From Styela clava (taxonomy: Eukaryota), in the NCBI RefSeq assembly GCF_964204865.1, contig NC_135252.1, positions 2,728,001-2,792,000 on the forward strand: a stretch of 64,000 nt of DNA, read 5' to 3'. The position numbers and the translations under genes were made by a program. Shown here in pieces: positions 1 to 13,000 of this stretch (position 1 is the first letter of the stretch; the number at the start of each line of letters is the position of its first letter). The notes beneath the pieces were generated by a model. The model made no database searches. It saw nothing but the letters and a program-made list of their open reading frames with translations, and was not told where the DNA came from.

Positions 1-341
1 AACAAGTTTGCAAGGCTAGTCTGTTCAGGCGGGAGTGCGCTTCGTTACTGACGCTGGTGGTTGATTGCACGAAACTTTTATTCCCGACAAGTGTGCTTAT
101 CAGGTGTCCTTTGATGAATTCGCTTGATTTTAACAAGAGTTTAAACGAAACTTGTTAACGGAAAGACTTCAATTCACAATATTAACGGAAGGAGCGCTTT
201 TTCGAGTATCTATGCTGTTTGAAATGAGTTTAAACGAAAGCTAGGGCACCTAACTAGTTAAAATCAGAAAAAGCACTTTCGCACTTTTTTTTTCGACTGC
301 GAAGCACTTTCGCACTCATAATTTCCTTAGAGTTAACACTG
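1..341 (-). mobile_element. Left end of a DNA transposon in a GPD2 intron; same family as 8525-14244
   Basis: Reverse complement of 1-341 matches 8525-8865, apparently without differences, and begins at the same terminus CAGTGTTAACTCTAAG. Confidence 0.93.
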
Positions 342-456
342 TTTCATTATATCGCTCATTATTACAATTCTACGTTAATATGTCATGTTCTTAAAAATGA
401 ATAAACATACTGATTACAACTAAACACAGCACTGATTATTATTCATAGACACTCAC

Positions 457-3225
457 CATCATAATACACTATGGAAGCTTTCAATTTCTCCTTTTTTAAC
501 ATTGGAAACCTTTCAAGAGATTTTTCTTTACTCAAAACATAACTTGATTGTAAACATTCTTTGCCAGCGACAATATCGTACATTTTGATACCAAGCCAGT
601 AATATGGAACTTGCCAATACCTGAAAATTGAGAATAACACTACGGTATAAATTGTTCTCGACATTTATAAAAATAAAAGATTAACAGAAAAAGATATTAA
701 ATGGAAAAATTCACTTTGCTCTTAAAATGTAGGCTACTCAGAAAACAAAATATTCATGTAACATGAACATAATCCAGATTTCGATTTGAATTGTATGGAT
801 TGTATATTGTGCCCTGGAAAAGAAATTTCAAATCTGTCTCATGTCAAATTGTTTCAATTTTTCATATTATGCGAATAAGACTCAACCAATAAGATTTTGG
901 ACAAAATTACATTGCGCTGATGAAAAGTAGGATATTATATAAACCAAAAGCATACTTGTACACAGGTAACATAATGGGTAAAGGTCCGGAAAGATGAGGT
1001 GCAATCTGAAGTAGATTTCCTCTTTCGTGCAATGCTTCCTTCACCAGCCTATATTGATCCATGTCAAGTCCCATGATTGCTTTCTGCAAGTACCTGAAAA
1101 GTATTGAAAATAATTCTGTTTATTCTCTCATCTCATAGCAAATATATGGAGTATAAGTCTTTGGCCAGAACTAGTTGAACACTTGCAATAAAATTTACTG
1201 AAGTTTTGTATTGCATCAACAAAACTAAGAAACTCCATTCATATGCTTATCTTAATTAATATTTATTACTTGAAAACTTACTTTTATTATGTCTGAATAG
1301 TATAATGATAAAGGGAGTAATGAAAAAAAATTATGCAATACAAAGAATCTAAAACACTTTGAACATTTCCAGAAAAAAAATTTGTATTGTAGAAGCTAAC
1401 AAACAGGTAACATTTATTAATGACGTTTGAAATGTCAACACAATATCAGAATACAACTGTAAATGTCGAAATATATTTGAAATACATTTTACCTGACACC
1501 ACCATGTAACAATTTTGTGCTTCTGCTGCTCGTTCCAGAACTGAAATCATATTTGTCGACAAGGGCAGTTGTCAATCCTAAAACATGAAATAGATATAAA
1601 GTGACTTTAAAAACGTTCAGATTACTGTAATTGGATATGGACATTGCATACCATACAATGAGAAAATTTTGTAATACATTTGATTTTATCAAGAGTTCAA
1701 TTTCAAGTTTTTTATTATCAGACTGCTTACATGCATTGATTATGAGTATTACCTCTGGAAACAGAGTCCAATGCAACACCACACCCAGTTGCACCACCTC
1801 CAATGACAAGAACATCAAATTCCTTGGTACATTCCAATGCTTTTAATTGAGCCGCTCTTGATGGTAGAGGATTAGTTGTCCATTCTGGTGCAATCTTGCT
1901 TTCAGCTTGAAAAAACTTGAAAAACAAAAATACCTTTGATATTGGGTGTATGAAAAAGTAAAAAAAATTCGCAATCTAGAACACAATCTATAATTCATTA
2001 GACATTTTGTCGCTGATGACAAATTGCATGCTATTGCAGTGTTATTTATGTAAATACAAAAACCGACTATTACAATGTATAAAATTTGTTTTCAGGTACA
2101 TTCACAAATACCAATAATACAACAATATAAGACCACATGAAACAAAGCAAGATCTCCGTCAAAGACTATTAGATCACACAGGCTTAAAAATATGTTCAAT
2201 ACATCCTGCATATTTTTATATGGACATTTTATATCTTAGATGAAGCATTCTGTAACACATCATCAGGCACTCAAATTTTTTCGAGCGATTTCAGATCAAG
2301 TAATGAGAAATATTCGACATAAATATTCTACATTGAATAGTATAATTATATTATAGTTTGCAAACTTTACATTTATATGTACAACACATATATTCAACCA
2401 AGCAACATAAATTAACAAATTGGTGAACTACCAAAATTTTCATTACAAACATACAACATACAAAAAGGAAGCAGACCTCAAAATAGACAGAGTTACAAAT
2501 ATAAATCAATGAACAATCAAAGACTAAAAGGACCATAAATAACATTTCACACCCACTTCTGCACATACTGACAACTTAAATTACAATACATCCATATCCA
2601 TGTTCAACTGATATATCAACATGGAAATTTGATATATACAATATGACAAAACAACATAAAGATGAGAGTGCTTTCAAATATTAAATTATCACCAAATAAT
2701 AAATTACCGAAATAACTTTTTCCCATAAGACATCACTACATTGGTATAAATTTTTTAAAATGTCATATTTTTTTAATCTCGCTGACTAACTATAAATGTA
2801 ATAAATTATAGATTCATTTTTACAATATTAGTAGACTACATGACTACGATAAAGATTTTAGTTTCTTCATTTTATAGTTGGATTAGATAAGAACAGATAA
2901 GTCAGTAAGTAGACAGACAGATAGTCTGAATAGTAGGATCACATACCAGAATATGATAGAACAGAAGATCTTTGAGAAGCATTCACCAATCCATAATTGA
3001 AGAGATATGTAAAATACACAGAAACATATACAAACACCAACAATCATAATAAGTAAAATTAATATAAGAATAATATGAGAAAATAAAAATGAGGTCTTCA
3101 TGCAGTTGGCCAAATACCTGCAATCCCACCTTTTTTCTTACCCTATGGGCATTCCAAGTATAATACTCATAAACAGCTACACCAAAGGCTCCAACCCCAA
3201 GTGCAACTTTTGTCCTACTTCCCAT
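457..3225 (-). CDS. GPD2: Mitochondrial FAD-dependent glycerol-3-phosphate dehydrogenase, 5' exons (gene continues past position 1)
   Basis: GT-AG exons 3225-3118, probable 22-nt exon 2574-2553, 1905-1753, 1577-1493, 1093-956, 620-457. Translation includes FDVLVIGGGATGCGVALD (FAD-binding GxGxxG), DFSSGTSSRSTKLLHGGVRYLQKA, ALHERGNLLQIAPHLS, YYDG. Confidence 0.96.
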
Positions 3226-4048
3226 GCTTGATCCAGATATTCTAGTTACTCAAAACACTTTGCAATTTCATTGACTTATTGTAATATATCACCAATCAGC
3301 TTGCTGTCATTTAGTCTGTGCTTAATTCTTTTTACGCTAACAAAATCACACTTGCAGTCTTAACAAATTATTTATTCCGGCCGATACCCCGCCGAATGCA
3401 AACAAACTGGAAAATGGATAGTATGCCGAAATAAATTGTAAAACCGGTACTAATAGGCCTATATGTTGAATCTAGTACTACAGTACTGTACTAGTACGGT
3501 ACCTTGAATTACATGTAAATTGTGTAATAATCTGATACCTGAACAGTGAGCGCGACCTACATACTGACATATATACTAATGCGCAACTGCAATGCAAAAC
3601 CCTAAAATCTAAAAATGGTGTCTTCATGTTTCCAAGGCCGAAGATTATAGTTCAAAACAAAACGAATTTACCGTACATTTAACTGCTTCAATACCGTGCC
3701 CTGTATACAGAAATATCCATGAAACATTCACACGATTCCCGAATGGCAAACTGACAAAAGGGATAAATAATATACCGGTAATGCACGAGTAAGAAACTCG
3801 TCGCTTTCATTCTAAAAACAGGGAAAATCTGAAACGAGTTATGGCTACATTGCGATCCCGTCTGCAGTCTGAGCCAAAGTGACTATCTGAGTAACCTCGC
3901 ATAAACAGCGCGCCCGACGGCTGTTTTTTATTTACTTGTATATACATGACTGGAGCGTAACACAGACAATTATCGGATCATTGCAGGCGGTTTTGTTGAA
4001 CTTCTGTTCTAAGGTTCAATTTGATGTAGACGTCAATAATTTTGCAGA
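3226..4048. promoter_or_regulatory. Putative bidirectional promoter / 5' region shared by GPD2 and HIRA
   Basis: Divergent start codons 823 bp apart; locally richer in CpG (e.g. cagcgcgcccgacggctg near 3906). Transcription starts not mapped. Confidence 0.6.
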
Positions 4049-7000
4049 ATGAAACTCTTAAAACCAACATGGGTGTCACATGATGGTATGTAACTTAGAC
4101 ATATACATTTGTTATCGAATTCACCGTTTATGCAGTTATAGAATTAATTTTTTCAACGCAGAAATGAAGTCTCACTTCTGCACATGTGAAACTCAAATGG
4201 AAATTAGTATACATGTGAAGCTGTAAAGGCTTTTTAAAATATAATAGGGTAATATGATTCACGAAAAGTAAGAACTGAAAATTCAGATGATAGAATTGCT
4301 TGATTATGGTATTAGCAACACAGCTACAAGACATTTTCATATGTATCCATAGGCCTGTAGGCATAGCTTGTATCACCAAAATGGAATCATCTCATTCTAA
4401 TTAAGGTGTTGTAGTTTCGTCAATTCAGTGGTCTCCGTCCGTATTGTCTATGATACGAACTTTTTTATATAACAATTTAAAGGTACCGTACTATACTCAC
4501 AAAAACCAGCTTTTCGATATATTGTTTTAATATGGCTTGCAATTTTTCATCCCTTGTAGTGTTTTGACCATCCACATGGGCTTACCTGTCTATTGACTTA
4601 TGTTATTAAAGTAATTCATTTTAGACTGCAGCAAATGTTGATTTCTAAGTTAGAGGTCACATCGGCAAATAAAAAATGATTGAGATACGAAAACGTTTTT
4701 GATAAAAAGTGTCATTGATGAATTTAAAACAGCCATCCCAATTTAAGTGCTGCTTGCGGCTCAAAAACTTAATCTGATGATTTCTAAATTGGCCATTTTG
4801 TCCTATAAAAACGATGAAAACAATAAAAATAAGTGGATAGGTTCCTGGAAGTAAAAGTTCATTTTTCGGAATCTTGTTCGTCTACTTTCTACCATTCTCC
4901 TTTCACCCTTCATCTGGCAAGTTTTTGAATACTAATAGAGCCCAGTATCTATGCATTGATCGGGTTAGCCTTTTTTTTTCTTTTTCAGTTTTTCTGAGAC
5001 TTTTTTTCTCCTATTGTCAGAGTTGTAAAAATTGTATAACCACTTACTGGTTTAACTAGTAGATTGATATTGGCTTTAATGTATTCATCAGGTCATGATG
5101 CTAAGAACCAAACCCCCTTTTTTTACACAACTTACACAATATTTCGTTTTGTTGTCCAGGAAACCCAATATTTTCGGTTGATTTGCATCCTGATGGATCT
5201 CGATTTGCGACAGGAGGACAGGGAGATGGAGGAAGCAGTGGAAAAATTATTGTTTGGAACACATCGCCTGTGGTAAATGCCAAAGATGAGCATGATGAAA
5301 ATGTTCCTAAAGTTTTATGTGTTATGGATAATCATTTAGGTAATTTGTTGCTTTTAACTTACATTTTTCATATGTTAATATTTCAACTAAAATTCAGTCG
5401 TACGGTTTAAATTTCTAATTATTAGCTGAAAGCTGGAACAAAAAGACTAATGATTTTATATAGGCTATTGATGCAGGGTTTCCCAAACTGGGATCTGCGG
5501 ACTACTGGGCCAATTTGGTGGGGGGGGGGGGGGTCTGATCGACCTTTATTAATGATTGATTTCAATCAAAAAGCCAATTGAATATTTTTGGTTCATCGTT
5601 GTGGACGAATTGCTGTCAGAAAAGGCAATTAAAGCTTTATGAATCAATATGATGACAAAATTCAGGTCAACCCTTGCTGGCGGTAGAGTCAGGCCTACGG
5701 GTTTTCTTGTCACAAATTGCTCAGACAATTAATAAATTGTGCAGTCATAAGCAACCTCATCCATCATAGTATTGTCGTTATGTTGTTGTGTTGTAAGGAT
5801 GAATTTCATTCTTTTTTCAGCATGTGTGAACTGTGTCCGATGGTCATGCAATGGAAGATATCTTGCATCAGGAGGAGATGATAGAATAATTATGATATGG
5901 CAATTTGCAGGTATCTCACTGTGTTTTTTTACTTTTGTTATTGTAAATGCATTCTTACCTTTATGCTAACTCTCCATCAAGTTTTTCCTAAAAGAATTAC
6001 TAAATCAGAAGCATTGACTGTGACATGCTGTAGTTATGTAGCCTACATATTTTAATTATTTATATATACTAGGTTATGGAGGACCTATCATGTTTGGGTC
6101 ATCAGAAAACCAATCTAGCGGATTAAAAGGAGAAAGATGGAGAGTTGTTCATACTTTAAAGAGACACACAGGAGGTACAGAAGCTCCATCAAGTATTGTC
6201 TTATTCAGCTCAGGCTGGTATATGGTAATTTGAAATCCAATAACCTGCCGATTTTGCAACACAATAAAAATATTAAGAGATATCAGAATAATTTAGAAAT
6301 ATTCTGTACATATATTTTAACAATAAAAATCCATTATCCAAATTCATTATTGAAAAGAACAATTCAAGAAAGCCCTATGCCAAAATAGGATACTTTTCAA
6401 GGTGACCGTACAGTTGAACCCACATACATTTTAATTTATATGTCCGCGGGTTCAATCTATATGAAGGTGCTAAAATCCTTGGGTTAGGGTTAGTATGGGT
6501 TCAAATATACATAAAAAAAAATTTCCATAGGTGCAATAGTATGTAGGTAGAATTGTTGTGGGTTCAAATTACGGGTTCAAATGTACGTGGGTTCAAATGT
6601 GATGTAACCATTTTTCAACTATATCAATATCTTCGACGAAAATTGCTTAATTCAATATTCGCTCCTAATACTATGATTTTTATTCGAAATCTCCATTTTT
6701 GGTAGCCCTAATCAAAGAAAATGTTGTGTCTAGTTTAACTTGAGTTTCAAACATTCAATGCCTGGTGCCATGGTGAGATTTAAATTGATTGATGTACCTG
6801 ATATTGTTTTGTTTCAGATATCCTGCATTTGGCTTGGTCACCCACTGATCAATGGTTAGCATCTTGCAGTATAGACAATACTGTAGTTGTATGGAATGCT
6901 TTGAAATTTCCTGAAATTACAACAGTCCTGAGAGGACACACCAGTTTGGTAAAGGTATGCAAGTTGGCGCAATCTAGGATATTGATATTCAATTCTTTTT

Positions 7001-10000
7001 TAGTTGATCATAGTTTTATATAATGGCACTGTGAAAATAGCTGCTTCCCTCATTTTACATTTGCTGTGTTTTTATATTCTTTCCAGACAATTAATCAAAC
7101 ATTGAGTTGCAAGCCATCTGCAGCCCTCACTTTGACTTGTATGCTTTTTTCTCAAGCATAACCTCCACAGGTACACATAACCAATCACATCATTCACAAA
7201 TCATAATATTTATTTGCCCCGTCAAAGTCCTGAAACTGCTGACTTGCTTTAATTCTTGGTATTTTTTTTATGTCAGGGTGTGACTTGGGATCCAGTAGGG
7301 ACATACCTTGCGTCTCAATCCGCTGATAAAAGTGTAAAGATTTGGAAAACTTTGGACTGGAAGCTTGAGCATACTGTTACAAAACCTTTTGTGGAGGTAA
7401 TTTTAGAGAGCAGTTATGAGAGTTATTCAAGATCCCTGCTGCACATTATCACAAATAAATTTATCTAACAAATGGTAACCACTGGAATCACTTAGAATAG
7501 GTGTCTTCATTGTTGCTCTTGCTACGGCATCCTTGTATCATATTCATACGAATCCATCAGTGGGTAGTTCGTCGCACAGAAAATTAATTGATAGCGCAAG
7601 TTTTATTTCAATTTTGGAGTACCCAATGAACAATTACTATTAAAAAAGGAGTGAATGAGTGAAGCACTCTCTCTTTCATCGCCTTATTCAGGGTCTAATA
7701 AATAGGATAGTTATGTCAAATTGGAATTCAATTTTTGAAATCTTTTCACTCTATATATCAGGGGACAGGGGTTATTCTGCTAGAGCCTATTTCAGATAAA
7801 AGATGCTCGGAGTCACAATAATTAATTGCAACAAATTTTTTTCCAGTGTGGCGAAACAACCCATGTTTTACGTTTGGATTGGTCTCCTGATGGTGGTTAC
7901 TTGGTATCAGCTCATGCAATGAATAATGCAGGACCAACTGCACAAATTATCGAAAGATCAGGATGGAAAACTAACATGGATTTTGTTGGTCATAGGAAAG
8001 CAATTACATGTACCAGGTAGGGAGCATTGTTTCATCATAATTCTTTACAGAATTGTAATGACAATAATAGATAAGAAGTGTTAAAAATTGTTATATAGCC
8101 TACTTATGAAGCAGGATAAAGCTAGGACAATTAGAAAAGTGAAATCTACAACATCATCTGATTTGAAATATGAATAATTCAGAATTCCATTATGATGAAT
8201 TGAAAAGGTTTTAATGATTTTTCATGGCCAGTATACTGAAAACAATTCATAGCCATGACTATATAAATTGACATTTTTATTTAGTATATTGCAGAGATTA
8301 GAAATTTTTCAAACTAATTTCTGCATTTTCTGCCTGCAATGCTGCAAATCACCGGAAATATTTTGATTTTATTAACATTTAATTATGACAGGGAGAAGTT
8401 AGTTAAATTATATGCACATTTGATTTGCAACGATACTTCATATTTGTTTTGCGCATATAAGTGATCATACCATGATCCCAAGGCTGAAGGTCTGGTGTAA
8501 CCAGCTCTACTCTGGTCTGGACACCAGTGTTAACTCTAAGGAAATTATGAGTGCGAAAGTGCTTCGCAGTCGAAAAAAAAAGTGCGAAAGTGCTTTTTCT
8601 GATTTTAACTAGTTAGGTGCCCTAGCTTTCGTTTAAACTCATTTCAAACAGCATAGATACTCGAAAAAGCGCTCCTTCCGTTAATATTGTGAATTGAAGT
8701 CTTTCCGTTAACAAGTTTCGTTTAAACTCTTGTTAAAATCAAGCGAATTCATCAAAGGACACCTGATAAGCACACTTGTCGGGAATAAAAGTTTCGTGCA
8801 ATCAACCACCAGCGTCAGTAACGAAGCGCACTCCCGCCTGAACAGACTAGCCTTGCAAACTTGTTTCTACCATCTAACAGACACCGATTGATACAAGCAG
8901 ATATTAGTTACTACCGGCCATAGCTAGGGAGGGGGATCATTTGTACAAAACCCGGGCAAAATGACATCCCCATCACCAATATCGCTTTAGTATAACACGC
9001 TTCCTCGTCCGAAAGAATATGCTTGAAAGTAGTCCGCCCTCTTCCCTTTTAAGAGATTGGTTAACGGGAGTTTTTCTTTGGGAAATAACGCAAGATCACC
9101 ATGAAAGTACCGCTGTTTTTATAGATAGAGTGACCTACTTTCTATCGAAGATTTTTTTTCCGAAATATTATGCAAGATCACTTTGAAATCCCATTCATGA
9201 GCTAGCTTGGCCTAATTTATATTATACTGTCTCACGGATTACCCTAAGACGTGTAATTTCCAAATATCGACTTGCATTGGTTTGCGTGCCAGTTAGTTCA
9301 AATCGGGTAGAAAACATTATATATTTGCAATTTTTTTTAGAAATGCCATGTACTTCCAGCATTTATAAATAACGCTGTCTCTAATGCTGCAGACCTAGTA
9401 TGAAATATTCGCATCTCAACGCCACTTTCAATTACACTAATAGTAATGATGACACCAAAGAGTTTTCCTTTGCGAAGGTACAGGAAATACAACAGGGTGA
9501 TTCTTGAAAAAAACATGAATGTAAAAAATAAACCCAAATAATTTTGAGTGTGACACGAAATACCAATCCTTTTGATAAATCTTTTTTAGTCGACCACGTG
9601 AACGCCGAAATCCTGGAAATTAAAGTTGAAAGAGAAGTACGCATTCTCACATAAATAATCGCGATATATAATCGTTCATGTGCACAAATCTCACATGTAG
9701 CATCGGTTAGTTGTGCATGAAATGTAAAACTCTTATGTGTGTGCGTTTCAATTTCAATAAAATCAAATTCGTTTTTCCATGCACCATTACTTGTAATTTT
9801 AATATTAATTGCGCTCCGAGTTTGTAAAGTTTAGAAACCTCTTGTATATACCATTACCACTATTTTGATTGGCTAACTAAAGATAACACGTAACCGCTTT
9901 TCGGCAACATGGTATTCGTTTTATATCTGCTTTGAACAGAGAAAAAAACATGTGCCCTCTCAGTCATCTGATCACAATCGAAAATCCGTATTCATTTTTT

Positions 10001-13000
10001 TCGCGATTTCGGCAATCGTTATTATTAAGGGTTTTCGTCGACTGAAAAATAAACATCGTTCTGTTAATTATATATTTCAGGCCATGTTCTTTATATCCTG
10101 CCATAATTAGCAAATCTTTATTAAGCAACCCATGATTATAAAATAGCTTTGCTTATCATTTGTTGCTGAATCTTGTGCTATCGCTTGTCAATTATAGCAG
10201 AGACGTAAGGAACATATTTAAAAAAAATTTTAAATTTAAACATATTAAAAATGTTTATAAAGAAATTAGCCACGTTATCAGCGCCAACTAACAGAAAATA
10301 ACTTATCATAAATCACAATTAAAATTCAGTCGGTAATAAATGGCGCTAAGGTGATGCCATACAGAACAAAAAGATCTGGTCGCGAGAGTTACCTTAGATG
10401 ACCGTATAACGATGTTGTTTTATAAGCGGAAGGTAGAACAATCAAATTTAATAAAAAAAAACGGGGGTTACGACACCCGTAAAACATCAAGTTCATTAGA
10501 CATCTCTAAAGACTTCTAAGTTGGTTACTCGATTACACTATACTATCAACACTTATTACACCTGTTCGAGTATTCCGGACAATTTCGAATTTGAAATAAA
10601 CGAAAACTCAACATATCATAATTAATACACAAAAGTAAAATAAACATTCATCGAAAAAGTTATTATTCAAGAACAACAACATAATCGTATAATTCCGCCC
10701 AAACCCCGATGTTCGCAAGTGAGATGATAAATAAATACTTTCCGTGTATTCGATAAATCAACTTCTGCAAACAGTCTTGGTGCAAAATATTTCCATTCAG
10801 TGATATGCTTACAAATATTCTCTGCCTTAATATCATAACCTCGCCTATAGGACTGGGCAAAATATTCGTATCGTTTCAATTTCATACTTTGCGCCAAAAA
10901 AGGCACCAACAAAGCTTCCTAATTTTAGAAGAGTCAAAATAAATAGACTATTCGAAATAAATATCCCAGATTTCAAACTCCGTATATTGGCAGCATGAAT
11001 TAGCCGTTTCATGTAGGAGCCGCACATACAATTGATTGTCGAAAATTAAAAGGTAAATTGACGTTCCGAGAGCCCACACATGGTATAACATGTACAGGCT
11101 ATAACCAGAAAAAAATGACAATTCATAATCCTTTTAATGTGCTTTCAATTAGCTCGTTAGTGATCCCTCCCATCCTTGGCCAAGTAATGTTTCGAAAATG
11201 TGAACCTCTCACTCAGCCATGCATGGCGGGTGGAGTGTTGAAATCGTGAACAAGAGTATAACGTAAAATCAATCGTGAATTTCGATGTAACAACGCACAC
11301 TGTCGCCGTCATGAATTGCGCCTAGGAACATCGGAAATGATTAAATTCGTGATATTTCGAGTATTTTTGCACCAATAATTAGGGCGTGATTATCAAAATG
11401 GTGAATTTGCAAATTCTGTAAATAAAATTGTAACATTTTAGCTAGAATTATCACCGGGCAGGGGCACAGCCAGATTTTTTTTTAACGGGAGATTAGGGGG
11501 AAGTTAAAACATTACACCAAAACTGCAATTCGCGACGACGTAATGCGTTTATAACTAAAATGTAAGGTCGTTCACGGCGAAATTTCGCAGTTACGTGTAG
11601 CCCGCCTTTCTTTGCCCAACGGTCCGAAGTCCTATTTTTAAACATCGACCATTTATCCGTAGTCAGCGGGCATCCGCATCTAGAAATGAAACATTAAAAA
11701 TCGCGAAAATTAAATTTGGAGAGATCTATAACTCGCAGATGTCAGTAGTGTCATCATGGTTTATATGTACAAAAACACGCTCGCATGTAGCGACGATCAA
11801 AATCATGAAAATGTGAAACTATTACTTGAAAATTATTGTTAATGAAGTTAAATTTTTATTGTCATTCAATGATTATTTCATAACTTTGTCATAATCGAAG
11901 GCTGCAGTAAATTTTTTGTCGCTGCGATCGTGTTGTTAAACTATATTAAAGCATGTTTTTATTCACTAGCAAATATTAATTCTCACGTAACGGCGGACAT
12001 CGTAGTTTGGTTTTTATATTTCGGATAGAATTGTGAATTCACATCGGCGAAGATTTTAAAGACAACTATTAATGAGCGCATTCACAACGAAAATTGATTT
12101 TGTTCTGATTTTTATCTTCTGTGTAGGATTTGTATCAGTTCGTAAATTACCGTCCCGAGTTTAAGCGAACAATAATATTATTACTGACCCCGGGATGCGA
12201 TATTTGTGAAGCAGATAGTTGACATTTCTATGCTTTTAATTTTAGATCGTGTCTGTGTTACTTTCGTATGAAATAATAATTGAAAAATTCCGCAAATTGG
12301 TTATCTCTTGAGTACTCAGTGTTAAGTATTTACGTAACTCAGCTTTGGGTTAAAACACTGATAGTAACTAAACACGTGAATAAATCGGCAATAATGGCAT
12401 TTCGACATGGTCAAAATAATATTTCTCACCAATATCTCATGAAAGTTCCATAAAATACATTATTTACTTGTCTTACTTATCGACGTTTCTAAATTTACAA
12501 AAACGATGTTGACACGCTTTATACAAAATCGTTTCAAATTTATTGTTTCTACATGTTAGCGATAGCCGTCTGGTTAATTCTTACCCGTGACTCATTGTAA
12601 AGTAATGTTAATAAATTGTGTTTTGCTTTCCAATGCGCGGTTAACCGAGGTTAAATTCGTTCGTTTTCCGGAATTGCAATCAACAATTACACATTTTTTA
12701 TTTATCATTATCAATACCGAATAAAAAAAGATAACATATCGTGAAGACGAAAAAAGTCGTTGAAACTTGAGTTGAATTAGTTGCAATTAGCGCCTGATTA
12801 GGCACCAGAGCACTCGAGCCCAATGTTTTTAGCATTAGTCGCATATGTAAAATATCCTTAAAGAAGTGCTGTTTATTAAAGTCATCTCGTCTTATGGCCA
12901 CGCAGAAATGCCTTTATTGCCGAATTATTTAATCTCAATTTTGAATCAACATTCAGGATTGGCACAATCTCAGATTTGCGAGGTTTATCTGTAAATTAAT

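Noticed and set aside
6481-6493. Interstitial telomere (TTAGGG)
   Set aside because: Only two units, embedded at the same position in a MITE family (also near 35794-35806).
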